From positions 45,384,001 through 45,448,000 of the forward strand of contig OX597825.1 of NCBI GenBank assembly GCA_951406725.2: a stretch of 64,000 nt of DNA. The letters are read 5' to 3'. Shown in pieces: positions 50,314 through 64,000 of the stretch. Positions within the stretch are counted from its first letter, which is position 1. Every line of letters begins with the position of its first letter. The notes below the pieces were generated by a model. The model saw only the letters and a list, made by a program, of their open reading frames with translations, did no database searches and was not told the origin of the DNA. This DNA comes from Octopus vulgaris (lineage: Eukaryota). The position numbers and the translations under genes are program-made.

Positions 50314-52530
50314 ATAGGATACTTATCTGGAACTGTTAAGGCATTTAAACACCTGTAATCTCTGCAAGAACACCAATATCCTTCAGACATTTTCAGGACT
50401 AAATGTAGCAGAGAAGACTAGTTACTGCTAGAAGGTTGAATGACCAAATTCTTCCTTTGCAATTTTAAGCTTGTCTATGATGAGACGTCTTGGTCAAGAT
50501 GAGACAGGAGATCCCTTTGTAATAATATACTGAATAACAGAGTGCCCTAGACTCTTGTTATTAAAAAAATAGTATGAGTGATACTCAGAAATTTCTGAAG
50601 AACCTCATGGAAACAATTGAACACTGATGGAACAAAGAAAAGCGAACTGACAGTTGGCTTTGAATACACACCCTATGGTGATTTCTCGGTTTCTGAATCA
50701 ATCAATCACCTGTACTTCAAATCAACAAGACCAAAATGATGCAAGAAGTCGGCACCAAGGATAGGATACTGTAGGTTGGCAATGACAAATATCCATTTGA
50801 ACTGTTGCTTTAAATTGAGGTCCAGATTTAAAGAAAGTAGGAAAAGGAGGATGATTTACAACTTGCAGGATGATGGATGGTGGCTTACATGAATCAGGTT
50901 ATATGCGACAAGCTGCTCCAGTGTCAACTAATAAACATTACCTGAATAAGGTGTAGACAAAAAAGACATGACAAACTGATAATCCATTCAGAGATCTAGT
51001 CACATTTCATCTCTGGCGACGGTGTTTTCCCAGTGTTGAACAGCTGACTTTGTGTTCATCCATTCTGAAACGAATGTGATACCAACAGAAAGTTCAAGAA
51101 ATTTCTACAAGGGCTGAAAAATCGCTTTCTTGAAATTCTCCTGCCATGGGAATTTAAATGCAGGTAGAACCGTGGAAACTCTTACTGCTTCATCTTGTCT
51201 TGCAGTTTCTCATCAGTTGACTTACAGAACAAAGAAGATAAATTTCAGTATTACTGATATTTGGAGAAGAAATATCCATAATATTGTCTGCTAATTCCTC
51301 TGATTGGTTAATAAAACTCTACTCCCTTGTGGTCATTATACCAGCTTGCATATTAGGTGGAAAGTAGGAAAAGAAAAGTTGCTGTAACATAGATTCAAGT
51401 GGATTGTCTTCAACCAAATCATACATTCTTCTCACTAGTTGAGAAGATCGTTTATCACCTAGAGTTTCCATATGGATGAGTTGATGAAGTCTCTTCTGCT
51501 TGGACATAGAAGCATGTTTCAAAATTTCTGCCTTTATTCTTTGATACAACAGGTGGTCCAAATGACTAGTGATCAAGTCCTTAATTTCACTACTCAAATC
51601 AAGTGGCAAAACACTGACTAGTAAATAGAACTGACATGTATCAGAAGATATTTTGTTAGCTGCAAAGTTGGGTTCAAGTTGCAGAAACCAAATCGAAGCG
51701 TCCTCTGTCCAAGATGGCGATGTGAATGATAATGCTGTTTTCTGAGGAAATTGAAGGAACAAAAGAAGATGCCATAATAGGGTCAATAAGAAATGAAAAA
51801 ATATAGAAAGACAAAACTACTGAGCTGGAAAAAAAATTCTTGATGCAGTCACCCAGATTTAACTACTATTTCGAGGGAAAATGAAAATAGCCAATAGTAG
51901 TTTCCACTAGTGTTTGATACGATGGTGGAAATGAGGTGGTAAGGAAAATATGTTGTAGGCTTCTCGTGCTCTAATTTGATTTGGTTGGTCTGTTAGGTTT
52001 TAAATACCTTCAGTTAGCCTTTCCTGAATGAAAAAGCAGCCAAAATGATTTGTTAAGAAGGTCAGTAGGATTGTGTTTAGACATTGTTTCTGGAAAGTAG
52101 AAGGGATTCACAATTCAATTCAATAATTAGTCATGATAGCTGGATATTAGCTTTGTCATTACTAGTGTCACTAATTTATTTGTAGGTAAGGTTGCATGTG
52201 AAAACAACAATACTTTGAAAACATTTAATAGTAACTTTTATTTCACCACACAAGTAGTTTTCAGGTTAGTCAGTCATGAATTAGAAAGTCTCCATAAATC
52301 AGCACAATTAAAAGAATAATTTTGTAGCATTCATAAATACTTGATTACAAAAGCTTTGTACTTAAGCTTGCCAAGACGGGAGACAAATATACACACTAGA
52401 TTCATATTGGCCAACTATAAGGACATATCCAGAGCCATAGAAACTTCTATTATAAACAGCAAAAGAGTGTGTGACTGGGCCATGAGTTGTCACACACTGA
52501 AGATTGGCACTAAAAACATTCCTTTTTATA

Positions 52531-52636
52531 ACCTGGAGCCTGGTGCAGCCCCTGGCTCCCAGACCCCGGTCGAACCGTCCAGCCCGTGCTAGCGCGGAAA
52601 ACGGACGTTAAACGATGATGATGATGATGATGATGA
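52531..52636 (+). mobile_element. RTE LINE 3' tip
   Basis: CTGGAGCCTGGTGCAGCC...GGACGTTAAACGATGATGAT, matching the other RTE 3' ends. Confidence 0.85.
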
Positions 52637-53319
52637 ACCCTAGTACTGAAACGTTCCAGAAGACTCTAGAATGATCTATCTCGTGAAGTCTGGCTGCTGA
52701 TTGGTCCTTAACTCAGCCTCTCAAGTGAAAAAGGTTGTACTACATCACAATCTGATGACTCAGTTTCAAATCTTGCTACACCTGTATTTCCTATTTCCTC
52801 TATCAACAAGGAACTAACTATGCCTATCTACAGAATCAACATGCTGACAGTGACTTAGATCCATAAGATGAGGGAAAAGATCAGCAGAATCTATAGAACT
52901 ACAGATATACTCCACAGACATTGCCTTGGGATCATACTAAAAAGTTCTAGGAACAAATGCATCACAAATGAAAAATTCCTAAAATACTACCAGTGTGAGA
53001 CAGTAGAAGCTCAATAATGTAGTATGCATACCCATGAAGAATGGAAGTCAGAGATGGAGCATAGATGTTTGATACAATGGTGGAAATGGGGTGGTAAGGA
53101 AAATATGTTGTAGGCTAGTTGAGGAAGATGGAGAACATTGCAAACATGGATGTGATCGGGGAAACCTTGATTTAAAGCAGAGAGAAGCAGGTGTTGAAAA
53201 TGCTCAATTTTTCTACTTTGCACACCATCATTTCAAAAATGATATACAAAAGTTGTAGAGAAAGAAACAAGCTACAAAAAACATAAAATATTACAATAAA
53301 AATATTTTCATGTTTATTC

Positions 53320-53460
53320 ACTGGAAAGAAACAAATGAATTTATCTGACAACCTAATAGGTCATGGTGCTGAACAGCTTGTTTGAAGTTTATTTGACGTT
53401 TTAAAGGAAAATGACATCAATATAAAAGGATGCCATAGCAAAAATTATGACAGTGCCAGT
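53320..53460 (+). mobile_element. hAT transposase fragment
   Basis: GHGAEQL...LKENDINIKGCHSKNYDSAS resembles the hAT CRGQxYDNA motif. Confidence 0.5.
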
Positions 53461-53667
53461 GTAGCGATGATTTGAAAGCTAACTGCTAGATAATCAGTCA
53501 GACTTCATGAGTGGACCACCATAGTTTTACATGATTGGTCTATTAACTACCAATCAGTTTGAAGTGATGGCATGGACAGGTTTTCTCAAACATTCTGGAA
53601 TTCTACTTCTGGTCCTCCTATAAAATCCATCTGGCACGTATTTTTACCAACCAGATAACACAGAAAG

Positions 53668-56046
53668 GCAGATGACACAGATAGATGACAGGAACTAAGA
53701 CAGATGGCACAGATAGATTACAGGAACTAAGACGGATGGCACAGATAGATGACAGGAACTAAGACAGATGGCACAGATAGATGACAGGAACTAAGACGGA
53801 TGGCACAGATAGATGACAGGAACTAAGACGGATGGCACAGATAGATGACAGGAACTAAGACGGATGGCACAGATAGATGACAGGAACTAAGACAGATGGC
53901 ACAGATAGATGACAGGAACTAAGACGGATGGCACAGATAGATGACAGGAACTAAGACAGATGGCACAGATAGATGACAGGAACTAAGACAGATGGCACAG
54001 ATAGATGACAGGAACTAAGACGGATGGCACAGATAGATGACAGGAACTAAGACGGATGGCACAGATAGATGACAGGAACTAAGACAGATGGCACAGATAG
54101 ATGACAGGAACTAAGACGGATGGCACAGATAGATGACAGGAACTAAGACGGATGGCACAGATAGATGACAGGAACTAAGACGGATGGCACAGATAGATGA
54201 CAGGAACTAAGACGGATGGCACAGATAGATGACAGGAACTAAGACAGATGGCACAGATAGATGACAGGAACTAAGACAGATGGCACAGATAGATGACAGG
54301 AACTAAGACGGATGGCACAGATAGATGACAGGAACTAAGACAGATGGCACAGATAGATGACAGGAACTAAGACGGATGGCACAGATAGATGACAGGAACT
54401 AAGACATGGCACAGATAGATGACAGGAACTAAGACGGATGGCACAGATAGATGACAGGAACTAAGACAGATGGCACAGATAGATGACAGGAACTAAGACG
54501 GATGGCACAGATAGATGTCAGGAACTAAGACGGATGGCACAGATAGATGACAGGAACTAAGACAGATGGCACAGATAGATGACAGGAACTAAGACAGATG
54601 GCACAGATAGATGACAGGAACTAAGACGGATGGCACAGATAGATGACAGGAACTAAGACGGATGGCACAGATAGATGACAGGAACTAAGACAGATGGCAC
54701 AGATAGATGACAGGAACTAAGACAGATGGCACAGATAGATGACAGGAACTAAGACAGATGACAGGAACTAAGACAGATGGCACAGATAGATGACAGGAAC
54801 TAAGACAGATGGCACAGATAGATGACAGGAACTAAGACGGATGGCACAGATAGATGACAGGAACTAAGACGGATGGCACAGATAGATGACAGGAACTAAG
54901 ACAGATGGCACAGATAGACGACAGGAACTAAGACGGATGGCACAGATAGACGACAGGAACTAAGACGGATGGCACAGATAGATGACAGGAACTAAGACGG
55001 ATGGCACAGATAGATGACAGGAACTAAGACGGATGGCACAGATAGATGACAGGAACTAAGACGGATGGCACAGATAGATGACAGGAACTAAGACAGATGG
55101 CACAGATAGATGACAGGAACTAAGACAGATGGCACAGATAGATGACAGGAACTAAGACGATGGCACAGATAGATGACAGGAACTAAGACAGATGGCACAG
55201 ATAGATGACAGGAACTAAGACGGATGGCACAGATAGATGACAGGAACTAAGACATGGCACAGATAGATGACAGGAACTAAGACGGATGGCACAGATAGAT
55301 GACAGGAACTAAGACAGATGGCACAGATAGATGACAGGAACTAAGACGGATGGCACAGATAGATGACAGGAACTAAGACGGATGGCACAGATAGATGACA
55401 GGAACTAAGACGGATGGCACAGATAGATGACAGGAACTAAGACGGATGGCACAGATAGATGACAGGAACTAAGACAGATGGCACAGATAGATGACAGGAA
55501 CTAAGACAGATGGCACAGATAGATGACAGGAACTAAGACGGATGGCACAGATAGATGACAGGAACTAAGACGGATGGCACAGATAGATGACAGGAACTAA
55601 GACAGATGGCACAGATAGATGACAGGAACTAAGACAGATGGCACAGATAGATGACAGGAACTAAGACAGATGGCACAGATGGATGACAGGAACTAAGACA
55701 GATGGCACAGATAGATGACAGAAACTAAGACAGATGGCACAGATAGATGACAGGAACTAAGACGGATGGCACAGATAGATGACAGGAACTAAGACAGATG
55801 GCACAGATAGATGACAGGAACTAAGACGGATGGCACAGATAGATGACAGGAACTAAGACAGATGGCACAGATAGATGACAGGAACTAAGACGGATGGCAC
55901 AGATAGATGACAGGAACTAAGACGGATGGCACAGATAGACGACAGGAACTAAGACGGATGGCACAGATAGATGACAGGAACTAAGACAGATGGCACAGAT
56001 AGATGACAGGAACTAAGACGGATGGCACAGATAGATGACAGGAACT
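53668..56046. repeat. 32-bp minisatellite, roughly 74 units
   Basis: Unit GATGGCACAGATAGATGACAGGAACTAAGAC(A/G), head-to-tail with no spacers. Confidence 0.98.
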
Positions 56047-56535
56047 TCCATCGTCATGAATATAGCACAGTTGTTTCCAGTTATGTTGGATAATCCACAT
56101 GTTGCCACACCAACAGCTTGCTGCAAACTCCAAGCAGTACCTCTCTCCTGGTTTGTAATTATTGCTGTTATTTGTGAAAGGCCAATGCAGTTTGTCTTTA
56201 TATGCAATAATAAAATCTGTTAAATGTTCGCAGATGTTGTTCAGTTACTTCCATAGGCAGTCCAAGAAGTGCAATAAAGGGTATTTTTAAATGAAACTTT
56301 CTACATAGGTGCAGGTATAGCTGTATGGTGCTTTTATGAATTCTATATATCATTGGTAGTGAGATTGCTATTAATATAGCTTCTGTTGCTAATATTTATG
56401 TTTTATATAAGATAGCTGGCTTTTGCTGACATCAATAATTGAAAAGTCACTGGAATTCTAAATATCACTGACAGTGAGATTTTGCTATGTGGTAAATGAA
56501 CAGCTGTCACTGAAGAGGTTCAGTACATTGAAATC

Positions 56536-58533
56536 GGTGACCAGAAAATTCAGTCCCAGAAATTATTCATAAACCACCCATGAAAAGATCAATTAAACAA
56601 ATTTTTAAAAATACATAATTAAATAGAAGAGTAATTTTATTGAAAAAAATAAATAAACCAATGTATAAGACAGCAAAAAATTTATTTATAATATTACCTT
56701 TTATCAGACATGTTACACAGGAAATTAGGAAAAGTGGGTCCGAGAAAAGTCAGTCCCAGAAAATATTGATCCCAGGCGTTACTAATATACTTCTCATGTA
56801 AACACTGATCTAACTAATCAGTATAAATAAAAAAACAAAATAGAATAATAATTTTATTTATAAAAATATAAAAATCACATGTCTAAACCAGCAGAAAAAT
56901 AAGGTTAATTCATGTTTAAACCATCAAAAAATACATATATGATATTTCCTTTTATCAAACATATTAAACAAAAAATTAGGAAAATAGGTCTGGGAACATT
57001 CTGTCCCTGAAAATTAAATCAAAGAATTTAATGAATGAGAAATTGCCTTTAGGAAAGTTAATTTATCATTACTACCAAAAGATTGCGCAAGGATCTATTG
57101 ACTGGTATTTTCTCTTTTTCTGTGGATTATCTCCTCTTTGGGCATGAATTATTTTGGCCTGTGTAAGGGATTCTTCTTTTCAAAGAGCATCAGTAAGCTT
57201 CAAGATTTTTAGGTGATTGCTTATTGATGTGCTCAACACTGAGTGAACCCCTCAAGAGCATTGTTTTTCTGAGGCAATTCCTGAATTACTCAACTGCAAA
57301 CATTACCGGATACAAGGGCTCTTCTTGTCTGTCTCGTCTTCTTCTCTTTGGTCCAATGTATGTCAGCTCAAAATAGCTTATATAATCTATTGGAATTGAT
57401 TTGTCCTCACAAAGATCTTCATAAGTATCAATTACTTCTGGTGGCAAAAGAACCATCAGTACTATATTGAACTTTATATCCAAGTTAGCAAAATTTCCTA
57501 TTAGCTGTCTGGCAAAAATGAAATAAACAACCTACACTGGTGCTTCCAGTAAAGTTATGGTAACAGCTGTTACAAATTACCCGCTCGAAGTTAAATATTT
57601 GACGAGGTTTAGTATTGGGCTGCAATTTTTATATTTCAAGAAGTCTTGTCATATGTTGCTTGTGTTTTGTCTGGTGGTAGAATGAAAGCTCGAGGATAAG
57701 ACCTACCATTTATGATAGCTTGAATGGTGGAAAATTGATACCATGCACTAGGTGATGAATTGTATGTGCCATCCATTCCTAAAAATGAGGTGTTTTCCAG
57801 TTGTTGAAGACCTTCGTTAGAGGCAAAGATTAAAATCCTCTTTTCATCATTACTGCCTGTGTTGTATTACAGGAACAAATCATTGCCTTCCAAATATTTA
57901 AAAGACTCAGGCACTTGAAATCCAGTTTGATGAAGAGGTAACCAAAAGCTTTATTGTGCCAGTTTGTAATACTTCTAGAAACTGTTTGCAACAGTGGTTC
58001 ATATTTCGCATTCTCATTAATATCATTTGTAGTTTCTGAAATAAGCACTCAAGTACTTGTTTCAACTCCATCTTGCAACTTTTTTCTTAATGCTGAAATG
58101 GCGAATCATGCTTCCACTGCATTTCATGTTGGTTCGTGATATTGACTATTGACTATTGAAATAATTATAGGTTCATCTGGTTTATTCTCTGTATGAACAT
58201 GTGTATTGCAGACCTCACAGTACCACAGTTTCTTTGTCTCATCAGAACTAAACTTATGAAAGTAGTAAACATTATTAACTTCATCAATTAATTTGTTTTG
58301 TTTTTCTCACTTTTAAAATATTTTGCAGCCATATCAGGGTTTCTTAAAATTGGAAATATTTGTTATCCTGTGGGTGAAATGACATGTAGGCAACCAGACC
58401 CCATCATGAGCAAAATGACGTGTGGGCAAACGGACTCTTTCGTGGGTGAAATGAACTGGATACCAATTTGAAAAATTGTCTGGGACCAAATTTATTGGGA
58501 CAGAATTTTCTGAAACAAAATTTTCCTAGCACC
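56536..58533 (-). mobile_element. Mutator-like (MULE) transposon, full span, decayed
   Basis: Perfect 9-bp TSD ATTGAAATC. Ends GGTGACCAGAAAATT / AATTTTCCTAGCACC with subterminal GTCCC/GGGAC repeats. DGTYNSSPSAWYQFSTIQA...FILPPDKT..TY MULE motif at about 57650-57775. Confidence 0.88.
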
Positions 58534-59094
58534 ATTGAAATCACACGATCTGACAGTTCTGGTGTCCATAATAGACTTGCCTTAATAGATTTTTGCCTGC
58601 CAACGATATAAATATGTATGCACCATGCGTCCATATGAGAGGTTCCTCTCAAGGTGATTACCATAGTATTTGGTGTTGTAACAAAGCGTCCAAATTAATT
58701 TGGATATAAAGATTGCTTTGTGTGAGTGTGTGTGATCAGGGCCAGATTTATAGGGGATCGAGAAGGGCAATTTGCCCCAGGCATCAACTTGATATAGGGC
58801 CCTCCTGCTATGAAGGATATGTAGCACTTAATACAGGGAAGCCCCACTTCTCAGCAATCTTGCATGCAGAGGCTCTCTTTCAATAAACAAATATATCTTT
58901 AAAAATGTAATAGATCCTCTTTTTTGATAAATAACCATAGTTTTAACTACATTAGGGACATCAATTCATTCAATTAAAAACACTATCCATTCCCAAAGCA
59001 GACACAATTCCCATGGGAATTAATTGTAGTTTCTTTTGGGACATTAACAGAAAACAACAAAACATTCCAAAAAATGTGTTTGTATGTGTGATCG

Positions 59095-59125
<31 letters not shown>

Positions 59126-60408
59126 CTATGGATGTATATAAAGATAAAGAGATTAATAGAAAGAAGTTATTTATTGTCTCTAGTTCAGATTCCTTCTTTC
59201 AATGTATGACTGAGCACAGTAACCTTAGATTGACCACTGGCCATTAAAGACACCTACACACCACAAATATGCACACACATACATTGCCATTGTGAACTTC
59301 ATTATTTTATTGGGGCATTGAAAACTGGTTTTATTTTATGAAAGAGCAAGTCAGTAGTATGTTACAAAATTTAAATTTTGAATTTAGGTTTAATTATAAA
59401 ATTACATCTCTCAACAGCTCAAAGCATTTTTTTTTTCCAGCTTTAGAATTATTGATTTTATGCTCACATGCTTTCTTGAAACCGAATCTTTTTCTTTCTT
59501 TCTTTTTTCACTATTTTCGTTATTTTGTCAAATGAAATAACTACAGTGAAGTGGGGCAAAATTGGTAACTTGGACAAAATGAGTCATTATCAATTTCTTG
59601 TTACTTTCTTACTACCAGTTTGAAACCATTACATTGCAAGTATTACATTATCATTTTGTACTCTTGCATCATTGCAAGTAAATATTGGCCACCATTGTTG
59701 TTTTTGCAGCTGAGGCAGTTTCAAGCCATCAAGTAACAGGTACTTTATTTCCAAGAAAATTTCCCTCAATTTTGACCCAGTTGTAATTGAGGTTCCTAAC
59801 AAAATATTTAGATAATTTTGGGTGTTCAACAATCCAAATTCTTTCCTGTGTTGGGTTCCAAGTCAATTTTTTCCCACACTAATTGCCTAATTTGATCATT
59901 TTCAAATTTCAAAAACTCATGTCTAAACTGAGGCAAAATGTGTAATGACTAATTTCAATATCTTCTGTTTAACTGCATGGTGCATAAATGTATGAGAAAG
60001 AGAGTCAGGTGGAATTCTGCTTTAAGTACTCCGTATCACATCTTATAACTTTTTCTAGTTTTTGGAATTTTCAGAAAAGTTTTGTGAATTTGTATTCTCA
60101 CATGGGAATTCATATGACTATGAAAAAACAAAAACAGAAAATCTTTTTTTATCTGATCTAAGGGTTATTTAGCTGTTACTTTTCGTACATCTCACAACCA
60201 CCCGATACCTTCCTTGTTTCTTTGTCACTTGACCCCAAGCTGGCCTATCTGCCTATCCACAGCTCAGAGAAGTTGTGGAAGTACCAACTAGTGAGGTACA
60301 TGGGGCAGAACGTACTACCTGACTTGATCATTTTCAAATTTCAAAAACTGATGTCTAAACTGGAGCAAAATGTGTAATGACTAATTTCAATATCTTCTGT
60401 TTAACTGA

Positions 60409-62975
60409 GTTTGCACCAAAGATCATGGCGAAGGTCTTTAAGGCAGTTTTGACCAAAGAGGCCAAAGTCAAGCAGGCTACCAGCTCATATGTCAATGATA
60501 TCCTGGTAGATGAGAATGTGGGATTGGCTGAGGAAATCGTAGCTGACAACAATAACACTAGAGGCTATAGAAAGAGGTACTGCATTGGACCTCAGGCTTA
60601 AAAGAAACAAAGTGGGTAGGATTGTGTTTCACAGAGGAAACATGATCCTGGACCTAAATCAGGATATGAATAGGCGAGGGCTGTTCTCAATGTGTGAGAA
60701 GCCAGTGGGTCACTACTCTCTTTGCAGGATGGCTCCAAATGGCATGCAGCTATGTCAAAAGGCAAGTAGATGGAGTGATAAAGTGGGAGAGAAGACTATG
60801 GCAATGATGTAAGAGGTCTTGGAGAGTGTGTGAGCAGAAGATCCAATGAAGGGTAGCTGGTATGTGCCTGACACAAAGAAAGGGATCATGTGGTGTGACA
60901 TGAGCAGCATAACATTGGGAGTCATGCTAGAAATAGGAGGTGTTGAGGTGGAAGATGTGGCATGGCTTAGGAAGACGGACAACTGCAACCACATCAATGT
61001 AGCAGAACTGGATGCTGTGTTGAAGGGTGTCGACCTAGCACTGAAATGGGGACTGCAGACCATCGAGGTCTGACTGATTCTGCCACTGTGCGAGGGTGGG
61101 TGGAATCAGTGATCACCAACTGGAAGAGAATTTGCACAATAGATGCCACAGAAATGGTGATTAAGCATCACCTGGGAATCCCAAGTGACCTAGCAGCCAA
61201 GTTCAATTTGGAGTTGCATTTGGTTTTTGTGACCTCAGGAAAAAATAAGACGGACGTTCTAAACAAAGTGAAAAAGCATTGATTGAAAACAGCAGAGGAT
61301 TTCCAAGTAGGGTAGCAGCGGTTTGTCAGCTGAAGAGCACAGAACTAAGGAGGTTGCACAACATGCACCACATGGGGATTGACAGGATGTTGTTTTTGGT
61401 TAGGACAGTCAACCCCGATGTCACCAGGGAGAGCATTTGGAGGACAGTGGGGAAATGCAACAGGTGCCAATCGATTGATCCTGCTCCAAGAACATACAAA
61501 CCAAGATAGAAGAGGCTAGCCATTGACATGACGCACTATAGGGGAAAGGTGTACCTTTCAATGGTCGACTGTGGACTGGGACGAATGGCTAATGTGGAGA
61601 GAACCCAGGGTGGAGACTGCTGCCAAAGTCATGGAAGTGCTGAATGTGGTGTTCTTGGAAGATGAGCTATTGATGGACAGCAGGCTGGAGGTGTTCAACA
61701 ATGACTGTCTCCGCCACATTCTTCACTGCCGACACATTGATTGGGTTCCTACAGCCAGTCTTCATCATCGCCTGAATCTCCGGCCCCTCCCATCGGTGCT
61801 TCTACAATGACACTTGAGGTGGTTTGGTCATGCGGCCCGGCATCCAGAGGGTGAGCTGATTCGTGATGTCCTCCTCCCACCTCCACTTCCCAACTGGTGC
61901 AAACGCATGGGTGTAAACGCACGGGTGTAAACGCACGGGTGTAAACGCACGGACGGGCAGCTGAAGACCTGGGTAACGACGATAAAGGAGGACCTCTCCG
62001 AACTCTCAAGTCCGCAGGTGGTCGGTCTGCACAGATGGAACCACGAATGGTTCACTATCTCCAGTGACTTCGCACAGGGCTGCCATGGTTCGTGATGCCG
62101 TCAGGACCAGAGAAAAAGCCAGCTCAACTTGCCCTGGGTGAACGCCATCACAAGTATAAGTACAAGTAAAAGAACAGTTTTTCACTCAGAGCAGCTGAGA
62201 GAGATGCTTAAAAGGTGAAGCACATGACACTTCTTCAGAGCTGCATACAAGCAAAGTGGAAACGGGATTGTGGAGCACAAACAGCATACAATTAAAGCCA
62301 TGGCTGAGAGGGGACGAATGTCCCCCATGGAGGCAGTCTTCTGGTACAACATGTTGCTCAACATAGGGAAAGCCAAAGAGTTGATCCCACAAAGGGCCAT
62401 ATTCTGGTACAAATGGAGACACCCGAGCATGGTGCCGAAGCACCCAGAGGTAGAAGAGGTTACATCTGTGCAGGATGGAGATGAAGCGTGGGTGAAGCCC
62501 CTAAACGCTCAGTGCACAACACACTGGAAAGAAGGAAAGGTAACTGCAAGCAGTACTCCCAATAATGTATCAGTGGATGGAATGCTGTGTCACATCCTGA
62601 ATATTTGAAGGGTGCTTAGCTCATCCAAAGGGGTGGGAGGAGTTGGCTCCGTGACCATACGGAGATCTCAAAGGGGATATCACTTCCCACCCCAGGTGGA
62701 TGGACAATTAGGAAACAGAACAGGGAAATAATGATCTTTAGATCAGAGGGGCATGTGGTGGAAGGGTAACTGACCGGAAGGGAGTGGGAGAGACAGTGCA
62801 TGGTAGAAGGGTAATTGACCAGAAAGGAGAGGGAGAGACAGAACAAGAAGACTGGAAGGGACAAGATAACATCATGTTGGTGAGCAACAAGGGAAGTTTC
62901 CCTCTTTTCTATGTGGTCAACGGTAGAGGCCGGACATGATGTGAAGAGATCAGTCGAGTCAATATGTGATAACAA
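60409..62975 (+). mobile_element. 5'-truncated Gypsy pol (RT, RNase H, integrase) plus 3' LTR from 62754; relative of the element at 1-1058
   Basis: FAPKIM...SSYVNDILV, WCDMS...HINVAELDAV, HNMHHMGIDR...C..CQ, YLSMVDCG and EAVFWYN. PPT AGAGGGGCA precedes TGTGG. Confidence 0.88.
61680..62170 (+). mobile_element. GC-rich RTE-type LINE 3' fragment inserted in the integrase
   Basis: RLEVFNNDCLRHIL...LRWFGHAAR and a (CAAGTA)n-like tail at 62150-62168. The integrase resumes at about 62180. Confidence 0.8.
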
Positions 62976-63579
62976 CTGAACAATCTGCTGGTGGTACCTG
63001 ATTACCTTTAAACCACAGGCTAAATATCTGGAAAATATTTTTTTCCTTGCATCATTTTCATTTATGACTCTTGTCATTGGGTCTATGAAAGATAAATGAC
63101 TGAAATCCGCAAATTTTGAAGGGTTTTATTTATTCTGCACAATTTCTGAAAAAAATTAATTTTAACTTTTGTAAAATCTTCAAATCTTGAGGAATTTCAT
63201 TTATTTATTTTATCTAAGATCAAATTTTAAATCCACTCATCACAAATTACAAAATAAAGGTGATCATAATTTCAATTGGAGAGCTATAATTTTGTGTGTG
63301 AGCATGGCATATGGAGATTTCTAATGAATTTTTTTTCTTTTTCTCTCTAAATTTCAACTTTTCACACCTATTTCAATGTTGATGTCAAGCCACAAATTAT
63401 TTTCGTGTTGTGTATACAGTATATAGAAATAACAAATAATTTGTATGGAAATATTACCCAATCAAAATTGTATTGAATTATGGTTGAGTCATAACGAACC
63501 GCCCACTTTCTATCTCTCTCTCTCTTCTCCCTCTCCTCTCTCTCTCTCTCTCCTCTCCACCCTCTCTCTCCTTTCACTT

Positions 63580-63790
63580 GGCTTGCCGGGTCTTCTCACA
63601 CACAGCATATTTCCAAAGGTCTCGGTCACTAGTCATTTCCTCAGTGAGTCCTAATGTTCAATGGTCATGCTTCACCACTCATCCCAGGTCTTCTTGGATC
63701 TAGCTCTTCCACAAGTTCCCTCAACTGCTAGGGTGTGGCACTTTTTCACACAGCTATCCTCATGTACTCTCGCCACATGACCATACCAAC
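63580..63790 (-). mobile_element. RTE LINE fragment
   Basis: Homologous to 11340-11550. Confidence 0.85.
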
Positions 63791-64000
63791 ATATATATAT
63801 ATATATATATATATCAGTTTTATAATAAATCAATCTCTGTTTCAACATCTCTCCATTTTTTTAATACTTGTTTATGGTATATTCTTATACCTATAAAGAA
63901 TCTCCGCAAATATCACCTTTTTTCTCTTTTTGGATCCCCCAAAAAGTTTGAATTGTTCTTTTTGAACTTACCTTTTCTCATATATGGATATATATATATA

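Larger units (their letters stand above)
45760..51860 (-). mobile_element. Old Gypsy element (gag, protease, RT, RNase H, integrase remnants) with nested insertions
   Basis: Gag PSW..DASIWF.Q.E at 51319-51786, LVDTGA at about 50920, TVPDKYP|IPHI split by an insertion, YIDD at about 48105, DAS at about 47660, SDHKPL at about 45995. PBS-like TGGGTGAC at about 51850. Confidence 0.85.

Noticed and set aside
53668-56046. CRISPR array or repetitive protein
   Set aside because: The units are contiguous with no unique spacers and no cas genes are present. The 32-bp period with stop triplets on both strands closes all frames.

Overview
Eukaryotic, AT-rich, almost entirely repeat-derived DNA with no intact host gene, rRNA, tRNA or CRISPR array. 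The repeat mix (RTE LINEs with (CAT)n tails, tRNA-derived SINEs, Penelope-like elements, (TA)n/(CA)n tracts, TTAGGG-like motifs) resembles a cephalopod genome; that is inference from recall, not a search. The window is a stack of nested transposons: several Ty3/Gypsy elements, RTE, CR1, R4/NeSL-like and CRE-like non-LTR remnants, at least four Penelope-like (PLE) remnants, mariner, Tc1, hAT and MULE DNA transposons (several with readable TIRs and target-site duplications), GG-terminated foldback elements and a 2.4 kb 32-bp minisatellite. The most notable signal is six minimal type-I hammerhead ribozyme motifs. Three carry a non-canonical UUGAUAA core (U3:A8 in place of the C3:G8 tertiary pair) in two unrelated contexts. 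One intact motif sits at the 3' end of a short element with a tRNA-like head (a SINE-ribozyme chimera). A possible small spliced Cys-rich host gene lies at about 43.7-44.2 kb (low confidence). Coordinates were counted by hand and may be a few bases off.
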